Source: Planktomarina sp. (lineage in GTDB: Bacteria; Pseudomonadota; Alphaproteobacteria; Rhodobacterales; Rhodobacteraceae). From it: DNA of 64,000 nucleotides. The stretch's first letter is position 1, and every line of letters begins with the position of its first letter. Shown here one piece after another: positions 8,703 to 18,366 of the stretch. Both the position numbers and the translations under genes were made by a program. Where the stretch lies: NCBI GenBank assembly GCA_020630595.1, contig JAHDBC010000008.1:13008-77007 (forward strand). Direction: 5' to 3'. The notes under the pieces were generated by a model. It was not told the origin of the DNA and made no database searches. It saw nothing but the letters and a program-made list of their open reading frames with translations.

Positions 8703-9782
8703 TTAGTTCGGAATTTCGCCTTCGATGCCTTCGACATAGAAGTTCATGGCGACCAGTGGGTTGTCCCCGCTGAAGTCAGACCCTGTTTCCCCTTCGGCCA
8801 GATAGACAGATCCGTCCTGTTTGTTCAGGGGGCCTGTGAACGGGTGATATGCGCCTGATTTGATGTCTTCGATCATTTGCATGGCTTCGGCCTGTACGTT
8901 GGCTGGGATCTTGTCAGACATATCGGCAAACGCGACCATACCCGGTGCGATCCCATCCCATGTGTCTGTGGATTCCCATGTGCCATCCATTACGGCCTTT
9001 ACGCGATCTACGTAGTATGGACCCCAGTCATCAATGATCGATGTCAGGTGCGCGTTGGGTCCGAATGCAGACATGTCAGATGCCTGACCAAAGGCCAAAA
9101 TCCCGGCTTCTTCGGCTTTGCCCATGGGGGCTGTGGAATCGGTGTGCTGCATCAGAACGTCGACGCCTTGGTCGATCAGGGCTTGCGCCGCATCCGCTTC
9201 TTTTGCGGGGTCAAACCATGTGAAGACCCAGACGATTTTCATTTCCACATCCGGGTTCACCGCTTTGGCGTGGATGTAGGCAGAGTTGATGCCGCGGATC
9301 ACTTCTGGAATGGGGAAGGATGCGATGTAACCAATTTTGTTGGTTTCGGTCATGTTGCCCGCGATGTGGCCCAGAACCGCGCGGCCTTCGTAAAAGCGTG
9401 CGGAATAGGTCGACACGTTTTCGGCGCGCTTGTAGCCGGTTGCGTGTTCGAATTTCACATCCGGGAATTTGGCAGCCACGTTGATCGTCGGATCCATGTA
9501 TCCAAACGATGTGGTAAAGATGATGTCGGCACCAGACAGCGCCATTTGTGTCATCACCCGTTCTGCATCTGCGCCTTCTGGCACGGATTCAACGAATGTT
9601 GTTTCAACGGCATCGCCCAACGCTTCTTCTACGGCAAGACGGCCCTGATCGTGTTCATAGGTCCAGCCGAAATCGCCCACTGGGCCAACATAGACAAAGC
9701 CTGCTTTGACCGTTTCGGCCACGGCACCCGTTGCCAGCATCGCAGCAACAGCAGCACCCCCCAGGATGGTTTTGAAATTCAT
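8703..9782 (-). CDS. BMP-family (PnrA/Med-like) ABC transporter substrate-binding protein, probable purine/nucleoside binding
   Basis: Start at the internal ATG (MNFKTILGGAAVAAMLATGAVA signal peptide). VKAGFVYVGPVGDFGWTYEHDQG and a periplasmic binding-protein pattern typical of basic membrane protein family SBPs. Confidence 0.85.
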   Translation of the reverse strand: MNFKTILGGAAVAAMLATGAVAETVKAGFVYVGPVGDFGWTYEHDQGRLAVEEALGDAVETTFVESVPEGADAERVMTQMALSGADIIFTTSFGYMDPTINVAAKFPDVKFEHATGYKRAENVSTYSARFYEGRAVLGHIAGNMTETNKIGYIASFPIPEVIRGINSAYIHAKAVNPDVEMKIVWVFTWFDPAKEADAAQALIDQGVDVLMQHTDSTAPMGKAEEAGILAFGQASDMSAFGPNAHLTSIIDDWGPYYVDRVKAVMDGTWESTDTWDGIAPGMVAFADMSDKIPANVQAEAMQMIEDIKSGAYHPFTGPLNKQDGSVYLAEGETGSDFSGDNPLVAMNFYVEGIEGEIPN

Positions 9783-9813
9783 AATGCGTAACACTCCCTG
9801 TTTACGTCTGCCC

Positions 9814-10746
9814 CTAGCGAGAGGCGTGGAAAGCGCGGCCCAAACTTCCCGGGGCCGCAAGCGATGTCCGCGACCGAGTCGCAGAAATAAGCACAAGCAC
9901 AAAAATTGTTAGCAGATAGGGCGACATAGACAAATACTCGACCGGGATAGCGACCCCTGCGACCTGCAAGTTTAGCTGCAAAACTGTCATTCCGCCGAAA
10001 AGATAGGCACCCAGCAGCACGTAACCGGCCCGCCACGCCCCGAACACAACGATGGCCAGTGCGATCCAACCGGCCCCGGCGGTCATGCCATCCACCCATT
10101 GGGGCACGCGGACAAGGCTGATATAGGCGCCACCGATGCCCGCGCAGGCCCCGCCAAAGCCAATGGCGGCCAAACGGATCAGTTTGATCTTATACCCCAG
10201 CGCGTGGGCTGCATCATGGTTTTCGCCCACGGCCCGCAACACCAGACCGGCGCGGGTGTATTTCAAGAATGCCCAGACCGCGACCGTCAGGGCCAGGCTG
10301 AAATAGACAATCCAGTCGTGGCTGAACAGGGCCTGACCCAAAAACGGAATGTCGGACAGGGGACCAAGATCCAGCTTGACGGTCGCCGGGGGTTTCAGGC
10401 CACGGTAGCTTTGCCCAATCAGCGAAGACAGCCCAAGACCGAACAGCGTTAATGCAAGCCCGGTCGCCACCTGATTGGTCATGAAATACTGGGTCAGGAT
10501 GCCAAAAACCAAAGACAACACCATCCCACCCAAGGCTGCCCCCACGAACGCCGTCACCGGCGATCCGGTGGTCATCGCAACGGCAAACCCGCAGACAGCA
10601 CCCATGATCATCATGCCTTCGACGCCAAGGTTCAAAACGCCAGCCTTTTCCACCACCATTTCACCGATGGCGGCCAGCAGAATGGGAACGGCAGCGACCA
10701 TGATGGCCGCGATCAGAAGGGCGATATTGATGTTCGAAAAATCCAT
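9814..10746 (-). CDS. ABC transporter permease (BMP-family sugar/nucleoside type)
   Basis: 310 aa polytopic membrane protein lying in the operon with the ATPase and the second permease. Confidence 0.85.
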   Translation of the reverse strand: MDFSNINIALLIAAIMVAAVPILLAAIGEMVVEKAGVLNLGVEGMMIMGAVCGFAVAMTTGSPVTAFVGAALGGMVLSLVFGILTQYFMTNQVATGLALTLFGLGLSSLIGQSYRGLKPPATVKLDLGPLSDIPFLGQALFSHDWIVYFSLALTVAVWAFLKYTRAGLVLRAVGENHDAAHALGYKIKLIRLAAIGFGGACAGIGGAYISLVRVPQWVDGMTAGAGWIALAIVVFGAWRAGYVLLGAYLFGGMTVLQLNLQVAGVAIPVEYLSMSPYLLTIFVLVLISATRSRTSLAAPGSLGRAFHASR

Positions 10747-10767
10747 CAGCGCAATCCCGGTTGATGA

Positions 10768-11055
10768 TCAAGCATGGTGCGTTCCCCCGACCGAAAGGCA
10801 GTACAGGCAGATCGCGCCAAATCCGATGCCCACCGCCAGCGCCATAACAGCGAAATGTCGCAGGGACGGGCGGTGCGATGCGATCACGGTGCGCAAGGTT
10901 TCAGGCAAGGGCAAAAATGTCGCGGCAACCAAGACCGCACCCACGACCGCGACATGGGCCAAAACAAATGCCAGTCCCGCACCCGCATGGATCACAAACG
11001 GCAGCATCAGCCCCATCATCAAACCCATCGCCCATGGGAATACGCGATGTATCAT
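10768..11055 (-). CDS. small hypothetical membrane protein inserted between the two permease genes
   Basis: 95 aa, about 3 hydrophobic segments. Its ATG overlaps the stop of the upstream permease (ATGA at 11052-11055). Third-position GC looks like that of neighbouring genes. Confidence 0.5.
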   Translation of the reverse strand: MIHRVFPWAMGLMMGLMLPFVIHAGAGLAFVLAHVAVVGAVLVAATFLPLPETLRTVIASHRPSLRHFAVMALAVGIGFGAICLYCLSVGGTHHA

Positions 11056-12125
11056 TTCCCAATCCTTACCCGGTAATTCGTGAACAGTTCGGTCGCCAAT
11101 AGAAAGAACAACAGCATTCCTTGGAACGCTTGGATCGATGCGCCCGGCAGGTTCAGCATCAATTGCGCAAGTTCGCCCCCGATATATGTCAGACCCAACA
11201 ACAGCCCCCCCGCCAGAATGCCCAGCGGGTTCAGCCGGCCCAGAAACGCCACGATGATGGCCGTAAACCCATAGCCGGAATTAAAGCTGTCCGTGATTTG
11301 GCCGCCCGGTCCCGTCACTTCGAACAGGCCCGCCAGCCCGGCCAACAGGCCAGAAATCACAAAGGCGAAAATGACCATGCGGCCCGGTTTCACCCCGGCA
11401 AATCGCGCAGCGCGGGCGCTTTCGCCCAACACGCGCAGCCGAAAGCCGAACTGGTGATAGCGCATCACGTACCATGCGACCGCCACCGCAACAAAGGCAA
11501 AGACAACGCCCCAGTGCATGCCCAAAGACGGGATCAGAAAATCATTGTGGGCGGCATCATAGCTTTTGAAATTACGGGACCCGGGAAACCCTTGCCCTTC
11601 GGGATTGCGCAACAACCCGAGCGACATGGCGGCCAGAATGTTTTCAGCCACGTAAACCAGCAAAAGCGAAACCAGAATTTCATTGGTGTTGAATTTTGCC
11701 TTCAAGATCGCCGGGATCAACGCCCAAAGCGCGCCCCCCAATCCGCCACAGATCACCATCAGCGGGAAAATCCACCACGCATCCAGCGGATAGAATGCAA
11801 GGCCAACACCACCGCCAATGATGGCGCCCATGATGTATTGCCCTTCGGCCCCGATGTTCCAGATCCCGGCACGGAACCCCATCGCAAGGCCAATCGCAAT
11901 CAGGATCAACGGCCCGGCTTTGACCAGCAGCTGTGGTCGGGAATAGCTGGCAAATTGCGGGTTAAAGATCGGGTCCCAAAAGATTGTTCGGATGGCTTCG
12001 ATTGGATCGGATCCAAGGATTGCAAACATGATGCCGCCTGCAATCATCGTGGCCAGAACGGCCACAACGGGCGATGCGATGGCCCACCCGCGTGACGGGT
12101 TCTTGCGTTTTTCAAGCCGCAGCAT
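11052..12125 (-). CDS. ABC transporter permease (BMP-family sugar/nucleoside type)
   Basis: 357 aa polytopic membrane protein. Overlaps the ATPase gene end. Confidence 0.85.
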   Translation of the reverse strand: MLRLEKRKNPSRGWAIASPVVAVLATMIAGGIMFAILGSDPIEAIRTIFWDPIFNPQFASYSRPQLLVKAGPLILIAIGLAMGFRAGIWNIGAEGQYIMGAIIGGGVGLAFYPLDAWWIFPLMVICGGLGGALWALIPAILKAKFNTNEILVSLLLVYVAENILAAMSLGLLRNPEGQGFPGSRNFKSYDAAHNDFLIPSLGMHWGVVFAFVAVAVAWYVMRYHQFGFRLRVLGESARAARFAGVKPGRMVIFAFVISGLLAGLAGLFEVTGPGGQITDSFNSGYGFTAIIVAFLGRLNPLGILAGGLLLGLTYIGGELAQLMLNLPGASIQAFQGMLLFFLLATELFTNYRVRIGK

Positions 12126-13617
12126 CAGCGCCCCCCAGCATCAGACCGATGCTTTCCAATGTCAGGCCGCGCATGGGCACCGTTGGGCTAAGCCGCCCGG
12201 CGTTCAATGCCGCAAAGCCGGTCGAAATTTCCATCAATTCATCCAGGTCTTGGCTGATTACGATCACCGCGGCCCCCCCCGCGGCCAAATCGACCAAGGC
12301 CTGCCGGATGGTCGCCGCTGCCGCAGCATCCACACCCCATGTGGGTTGGTTGACCACGAACACTTTCGGGTTTTGCAGGATTTCGCGGCCAACAACGAAC
12401 TTTTGCAAGTTGCCACCCGACAGCGACCGGGCCGCCACACCGGGGCCCGGGGTGCGCACGTCAAAGGCACGGATGACCCGTTCTGCAAATGCGCGGGCTT
12501 TGCCCCACTGGATGATGCCGTTTGGCGCAAGACCTTCCCGAACGGCCCCGGTCAGAACGGCGTTTTCGGTCAACGACATGTCCGGTGCCGCCGCATGGCC
12601 CAACCGTTCTTCGGGTGCCGCCAGAATGCCGCGGGCACGCCGCGCATTTGGTCCCAGCGCGGAAACATCCTGACCTTCGAAATGGAGTGTTGTGGCGCGG
12701 GTGGTCACTTCGCCTGACAAACAGGCCAACAATTCATCTTGCCCGTTGCCTGCGACACCGCCGATGCCCAGAACCTCCCCACTGGACAGGGTGAACTGAA
12801 TGTCTTTCAGGGATGTGCCAAAGGCCGATTGTGGCGGCAAAGACAGCCCGTCCACCCGCAACACAACCGACCCCGTGGTGGTTTGCGCCCCCGACGCGGG
12901 GGTCACGGATGTGCCGACCATCATTTCAGCCAGTTGGCTGGCCGATTGTTCCCGTGGATCGCAGGTCGCCACCTTTTTGCCGCCACGCAGGATCGTTGCG
13001 GTTTCGCACAGGGCGCGGATTTCTTCCAATTTGTGCGAAATATAAAGGATCGCGGTCCCTTCATCGCGCAACTTGCGTAGGGTCGTGAACAGGGTTGCGA
13101 CCTCTTGCGGGGTCAGAACGCTGGTCGGTTCATCCATGATCAGCAGCTTCGGATCCTGCAACAGACATCGGATGATTTCGACCCGCTGGCGTTCACCGGC
13201 AGACAGATCGCCCACCAGCCGTGCGGGATCCAGTGGCAGGCCATAAGCGTTCGAAACATCGGTGATCCGCCCGGCAAGGGCCGCAGGTTTGGGGGGCTGT
13301 TCCATGCCCAAGGCGATGTTTTCTGCCACCGACAGCGCATCAAACAGGCTGAAATGCTGAAACACCATCGCCACGCCCGATGTGCGTGCGACCCGGGGCG
13401 CAGATGGGGCAAAACCGCCCCCGTTCAATTCCATCTTGCCCGTATCGGGTTGCACCAGACCATAGATCATTTTGACCAGCGTCGATTTTCCGGCACCGTT
13501 TTCGCCCAGAAGTGCGTGAATTTCGCCCGCACGGATATCAAAAGACACGTCATCATTGGCGATGACACCCGGATAGGCCTTTGTCAGACCGTCAAGCCGT
13601 AGCAGCGGATGGTTCAC
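12112..13617 (-). CDS. ABC transporter ATP-binding protein with duplicated ATPase domains
   Basis: 501 aa, GTG start. Walker A GENGAGKST, signatures LSAGERQRV and LSGGNLQKF, Walker B LLIMDEPT and VFVVNQPT. Confidence 0.92.
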   Translation of the reverse strand: MNHPLLRLDGLTKAYPGVIANDDVSFDIRAGEIHALLGENGAGKSTLVKMIYGLVQPDTGKMELNGGGFAPSAPRVARTSGVAMVFQHFSLFDALSVAENIALGMEQPPKPAALAGRITDVSNAYGLPLDPARLVGDLSAGERQRVEIIRCLLQDPKLLIMDEPTSVLTPQEVATLFTTLRKLRDEGTAILYISHKLEEIRALCETATILRGGKKVATCDPREQSASQLAEMMVGTSVTPASGAQTTTGSVVLRVDGLSLPPQSAFGTSLKDIQFTLSSGEVLGIGGVAGNGQDELLACLSGEVTTRATTLHFEGQDVSALGPNARRARGILAAPEERLGHAAAPDMSLTENAVLTGAVREGLAPNGIIQWGKARAFAERVIRAFDVRTPGPGVAARSLSGGNLQKFVVGREILQNPKVFVVNQPTWGVDAAAAATIRQALVDLAAGGAAVIVISQDLDELMEISTGFAALNAGRLSPTVPMRGLTLESIGLMLGGADAAA

Positions 13618-14455
13618 CCCAGATATCCCCCATATCGTCTGCGACAGACCCTAGCTGTAGTGCCACGCCAAGGGCAATCATTTTGGGATGTTTGCCCAAG
13701 CCCGGTTCCCCTATGGGGCATGTGATGCGGTCAATTTCGGCTTCTGCGTGTCCCAGACTGCGCAATCTGCTGCGAAAGCGGGCCCATTTGGTACGGCTTC
13801 CAATCAATCCGCAGAATCGGAACCCATGGTCAAGCGCGCGGTGGCACAGTTCCAGATCCATTTCGTGGGCATAGGTAAAGATCAGATGGCTGGCGTGTCG
13901 TGGGGCATGGGCCATCAGATCGGGCAGGGATGGCGCAGGCAGAACCCGGCACCCCACCGGCGCAGGGCTTGGAAACCGGTCAAGGCCTGTGTCCGCCCAT
14001 GTGATGTCATATCCGGGCATGTCGTGCATCACCTCTGCCACGGCACGCCCCACATGCCCCGCCCCCCACAACCAGACCGGATGGGTGGACGCGGACATGG
14101 GTTCTTCGAAGGAACCAAAATCCGGAACGCTCCGCCGCCAGACGTTGCCGGGCGCAGGCACATCACCAACAGACATGAACCGTTCAAAGATCAGCGTCAC
14201 ATGCCCGCCGCAACACTGGCCCAAAGTGGGGCCCAGCGGCACATCCAACTTCCCCACAAATCCGTTTCGCGCCCGGTGTGCGGCGTCAAATTCCAACGCA
14301 CCGCCGCCGATTGTTCCAGACTGGCCATCGGCCCAGACCAGCATCGCGGTCCCTGCGTCGCGGGGGGACGAACCGGTCAGGCGGGCGATGACCACCCGGG
14401 TCACGGGGCCATGGTCTGACAGGGCGTGGATCAAACCCGCACGATCAAAGCTCAT
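13592..14455 (-). CDS. xdhC: xanthine dehydrogenase accessory (Moco insertion) protein
   Basis: 287 aa. XdhC/CoxI-type segments GGGALEF and LWGAGHVGRAV, positioned immediately after xdhB with a 4-nt overlap. Confidence 0.82.
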   Translation of the reverse strand: MSFDRAGLIHALSDHGPVTRVVIARLTGSSPRDAGTAMLVWADGQSGTIGGGALEFDAAHRARNGFVGKLDVPLGPTLGQCCGGHVTLIFERFMSVGDVPAPGNVWRRSVPDFGSFEEPMSASTHPVWLWGAGHVGRAVAEVMHDMPGYDITWADTGLDRFPSPAPVGCRVLPAPSLPDLMAHAPRHASHLIFTYAHEMDLELCHRALDHGFRFCGLIGSRTKWARFRSRLRSLGHAEAEIDRITCPIGEPGLGKHPKMIALGVALQLGSVADDMGDIWGEPSAATA

Positions 14456-16848
14456 CCCCGGGCCCGCCCGATCGCATGAAAGACCTCTTCAAATGTGGCG
14501 GGGGCCTGCAAGTCGGGGTAGTTTGGACCACAGGCGGCACAGGCATGCGACACTGCCAGAAACGTCGAAATCCCATGCATGAACGGGGGTTCGCCCACGG
14601 CTTTGGATCGATGGACTGTATTGACCGGGTTTGGTTCATCCCAAAGCGCCACTTCAAACACATCCGGTCGATCCGACATCGCCGGGATTTTGTACGTCGA
14701 CGGCGCATGGGTCCGCAGGCGACCCTGATCATCCCAGACCAGCTCTTCCGTGGTCAGCCACCCAATGCCCTGCACGCACCCGCCTTCAATCTGGCCGACG
14801 TCCAGTGCCGGGTTCAGCGAATTGCCGCAATCATGCAGGATGTCTGTCCGCAGGATGTTGTATTCGCCAGTCAGTGTGTCCACCGCAACTTCCGACACTG
14901 AACACCCATAGGCGAAATAATAAAACGGCCGCCCGTGACCCGCGATGCGATCCCATGCAATGTCCGGGGTTTTGTAGAACCCCGTGGCCGAAAGGGATAC
15001 GCGGTTGGTGTAGGCAAGGGCCGCCGCTTCGGCAAAGGTCAGATCGACCCCATCTGCCAAAACGCGACCGTCCGCAAACCTGACAGAGGATGCAGGTACG
15101 CCCTGTGTTGATCCCACAATCTGCGCAATCCGATCCCGCAAGGTTGCACAGGCCACCTGCACCGCCATGCCGTTCAGGTCAGACCCTGATGATGCTGCCG
15201 TTGCGCTGGTGTTTGGCACCTTGCTGGTATCTGTCGCGCTGGGCCGGATCATGCGTTGATCAACACCCAAGGTTGCTGCCGCCACCTGCGCGACCTTTTG
15301 GAACAATCCCTGGCCCATTTCCGTGCCGCCATGGTTGATCAACACAGATCCATCCGCATAGATTTGCACCAACGCCCCAGCTTGGTTCAAATGGGTCAGG
15401 GTGAATGAAATCCCGAATTTCACCGGGCTGAATGCGATCCCTTTTTTGATCACGGTGTTTGCGTCGTTCCAATCCGCAACCGCTGCCCGGCGGCTTTCAT
15501 AGTCTGACGTGTGCAACAGCCGATCCGTCATCCGATCCAAGACAAAGTCCGTGACCGGCATTCCGTAGGGCGTGATGCCGGTTTTCATTTTGCCCGAAAT
15601 ACTCCCGCCGGAGGCATGCGCCGCAGGCGGATAATAATTTCGCTGTCGCACCTTTGCAGGATCAAGACCCAAATGATGGGCGACGTGGTCCATCACCCGT
15701 TCAATGCCCACCATGCCTTGCGGTCCGCCGAACCCACGAAAGGCAGTGGCGCTGGCGGTATTGGTTTTCAACCGATGCGACGTGATGCGCACATGGGGCA
15801 GGTCATAGGCATTGTCTGCATGCAGCATCGCCCGGTCGGCCACCGGAAGCGACAGATCCTGCGCCCATCCGCAGCGAAACAGATGGGTGAAATCCACCGC
15901 TGATACACAGCCCTGATCGTCAAACCCGACAGTGTAATCGATGCGGCAATCATGGCGTTTGCCTGTGATGATGAAATCATCGTCCCGATCATAGCGCATT
16001 TTGCAGGGGCGGCCCGTGCGCGCGGCGGCGACGGCGCAGGCGACGGCCAAGGCGTTGCCCTGGCTTTCCTTGCCACCGAAACCACCCCCCATCCGCCGGG
16101 TTTGCACCGTGACCATGTGAAACGGCACACCCAGCGCTTCGGCCACTTTGTGCTGAATTTCCGTCGGATGTTGGGTTGATGACAGGACCGTCACATCCCC
16201 CGCTTCGCCGGGCAGGGCCAGCGCCGCTTGTCCTTCCAGATAAAAATGTTCCTGCCCGCCCACGTTTATCGACCCGCTTAGGGTGTGTGGGGCCTGTGAC
16301 AACCCATCGCTGATGGATCCTTTTTGGTAAATGCGGGGTCCATCTTCGAACCGGCTGTCGGCGGCCAGTGCCTGATCCACGGTCAGGATCGGTGTGTGTT
16401 CGTGATAGTCGATATTGGCCAGCCGCGCCGCTTTGCGCGCCGCCAGATGGCTGTCGGCAACAACCAAAAACAAGGGTTGCCCGTGATAATGCACAGCCCC
16501 ATCCGACAACAGCGGTTCATCATGCGCCGAAGGCGATACATCGTTCGCAGCAGGCAAATCCTGCGCCGTGAGAACGGCCCTGACCCCCGGGGCGTTCCGC
16601 ACCGGATCCACATCCATCGACGCGATCTTGCCCGCCGCGATGGTCGCCAGACCAAAGGCCAGATGTAACGTGCCCGCGGGGGTTGGGGTGTCGTCCACAT
16701 AGCGTGCCGCGCCCGTCACATGTTCGCGCGCCGCGTCATGGGGCAGGGGCTTTGCGGGGGGTGCGGATTGCGCGGCTGCGGTATTCACGGGCTGCGTATC
16801 CGGGTGTTCGGATCGCGCACGGGTTGGGTTAGGTGTTGGTTGTGTCAT
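14452..16848 (-). CDS. xdhB: xanthine dehydrogenase molybdopterin-binding subunit
   Basis: 798 aa. RRMGGGFGGKE, GQGLFQKVAQVAA and other aldehyde oxidase/xanthine dehydrogenase a/b hammerhead and Moco-binding segments. Confidence 0.93.
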   Translation of the reverse strand: MTQPTPNPTRARSEHPDTQPVNTAAAQSAPPAKPLPHDAAREHVTGAARYVDDTPTPAGTLHLAFGLATIAAGKIASMDVDPVRNAPGVRAVLTAQDLPAANDVSPSAHDEPLLSDGAVHYHGQPLFLVVADSHLAARKAARLANIDYHEHTPILTVDQALAADSRFEDGPRIYQKGSISDGLSQAPHTLSGSINVGGQEHFYLEGQAALALPGEAGDVTVLSSTQHPTEIQHKVAEALGVPFHMVTVQTRRMGGGFGGKESQGNALAVACAVAAARTGRPCKMRYDRDDDFIITGKRHDCRIDYTVGFDDQGCVSAVDFTHLFRCGWAQDLSLPVADRAMLHADNAYDLPHVRITSHRLKTNTASATAFRGFGGPQGMVGIERVMDHVAHHLGLDPAKVRQRNYYPPAAHASGGSISGKMKTGITPYGMPVTDFVLDRMTDRLLHTSDYESRRAAVADWNDANTVIKKGIAFSPVKFGISFTLTHLNQAGALVQIYADGSVLINHGGTEMGQGLFQKVAQVAAATLGVDQRMIRPSATDTSKVPNTSATAASSGSDLNGMAVQVACATLRDRIAQIVGSTQGVPASSVRFADGRVLADGVDLTFAEAAALAYTNRVSLSATGFYKTPDIAWDRIAGHGRPFYYFAYGCSVSEVAVDTLTGEYNILRTDILHDCGNSLNPALDVGQIEGGCVQGIGWLTTEELVWDDQGRLRTHAPSTYKIPAMSDRPDVFEVALWDEPNPVNTVHRSKAVGEPPFMHGISTFLAVSHACAACGPNYPDLQAPATFEEVFHAIGRARG

Positions 16849-18245
16849 GGTGCCACCTGCCGCACATCGATCTTTGCCCCGTTCAAATCATGCGCATAAC
16901 GCAGCAGCATGTTTTGTGCGGCCTTCATCCTGTAATCGGCCCCGGCACGCATGTCGGACAGGGGGGTGAAATCCTGTTCCATCGCGGCCATCGCGTCGGT
17001 CAGGGCCGGATCGGTAAGTGGTTTCCCCACAAGCCTTTTTTCCGTTTGTGTGGCACGTTTCGGGATGCCCGCCATTCCACCAAAGGCGATCCGCGCATCC
17101 GTCACAATGCCATCCTCCATGACGACGTTGAACGCACCGCACACCGCAGAAATATCCTGATCAAACCGTTTCGAAAGTTTGTAAACACGGAACGCGGTCT
17201 GGCCCATGGGCAGCTTGATGGTTTCCAGAAATTCCCCCGGGGCGCGGTCTTGTTTGCCGTAGTCGACAAAGAAATCTTCCAGCATCATTTTGCGCCGAAC
17301 ATCCCCTTTGCGCAGCACGATGGACGCGCCAAGCGCGATCAGGGCAGGGGGGCTGTCGCCGATGGGCGATCCATTTGCAATATTGCCGCCCAGCGTCGCG
17401 GCGTTGCGAACCTGTGCGGATCCATACCGTTCCAACAGCGTGGCCAATGACGGATATTCATCCCGGACAACGCGCAGCATATCACTGATCGACGCCATCG
17501 CGCCGAACCGCCAATGCAGGCCGCGATCTTCAATGTCTTTCAAGTCTTCGACATGATCCAGAAAGGCAACCGGGGCCAGATCGCGCAGCTGTTTGGTCAC
17601 CCAAAGCCCCACATCCGTTCCCCCGGCGATCAGCGTCGCGTCGGGGTGATCCAGATACCAAGCCGCCAGTTGATCCCCATCCGTTGGGCAAAAAATGTCG
17701 TCCGTCCCTGCGACCTTTGGCAGGTGGGGATGGTCTTTCATATGGGCGGGGATTTCGGCGTCAATTGCGGCGTCAAAGGCGCGTTTGATCGGCGCATAGC
17801 CCGTGCACCGGCACAGGTTTCCAGCCAGGACAGTATCGGCGTCGCGGTCCCCGTTCAAATGCGCGCAGGCCATGGTGGTCACAAACCCCGGTGTGCAGAA
17901 GCCGCATTGTGATCCGTGGTGGTCAACCATCGCCTGCTGCATGGGGTGCAAGGTGCCATCGGGGTCCGCCAACCCTTCGACGGTGCGCACGGCTTTGCCA
18001 TGCAGTTGGGGCAAAAACAGGATGCAGGCGTTCAACGCTTTGGGGGCGCGACCGTGTTCCGTGACGATGACGGAACAGGCGCCACAGTCGCCTTCGTTGC
18101 AGCCTTCCTTGGTGCCACACAGACCAGCGTCTTCGCGCAGATAGTCCAATAGGGTTTCGGTGCCGGTTTCGCTGCGCACGGTTGTGCGCGTGCCATTCAA
18201 AAGGAATGTGATGTTCAAGGGTTGAACCCCTGCCGCCTTACCCAA
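16845..18245 (-). CDS. xdhA: xanthine dehydrogenase small subunit (2Fe-2S and FAD-binding)
   Basis: 466 aa. CNEGDCGACSV and CRCTGY iron-sulfur motifs followed by an FAD-binding domain. The start is uncertain (TTG at 18245, or a TTG 27 nt downstream). Confidence 0.9.
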   Translation of the reverse strand: MGKAAGVQPLNITFLLNGTRTTVRSETGTETLLDYLREDAGLCGTKEGCNEGDCGACSVIVTEHGRAPKALNACILFLPQLHGKAVRTVEGLADPDGTLHPMQQAMVDHHGSQCGFCTPGFVTTMACAHLNGDRDADTVLAGNLCRCTGYAPIKRAFDAAIDAEIPAHMKDHPHLPKVAGTDDIFCPTDGDQLAAWYLDHPDATLIAGGTDVGLWVTKQLRDLAPVAFLDHVEDLKDIEDRGLHWRFGAMASISDMLRVVRDEYPSLATLLERYGSAQVRNAATLGGNIANGSPIGDSPPALIALGASIVLRKGDVRRKMMLEDFFVDYGKQDRAPGEFLETIKLPMGQTAFRVYKLSKRFDQDISAVCGAFNVVMEDGIVTDARIAFGGMAGIPKRATQTEKRLVGKPLTDPALTDAMAAMEQDFTPLSDMRAGADYRMKAAQNMLLRYAHDLNGAKIDVRQVAP

Positions 18246-18310
18246 GTGTCACAAATCGGCCCGGTCGATGCGGCGTAGAGCGGGCAATCGGATCGTGCCA
18301 GATGTTGTGA

Positions 18311-18345
18311 AAAACGCAAGGGGGCGGGTCAGATTGCCCCGCCCC
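18311..18345 (-). terminator. rho-independent terminator of the arsR-SRPBCC operon
   Basis: On the minus strand, GGGGCGGGG-loop-CCCGCCCC is followed by CTTGCGTTTTT, about 120 nt after the SRPBCC stop. Confidence 0.5.
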
Positions 18346-18366
18346 ATTTGCCAAAAAACGGCATGT

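Noticed and set aside
12273-12280. C8 (G8 on the coding strand) homopolymer inside the ABC ATPase gene, as a possible phase-variation tract
   Set aside because: It encodes the in-frame AAGGAA segment of an otherwise intact gene. A single 8-mer in a GC-rich genome is not evidence of slipped-strand regulation.
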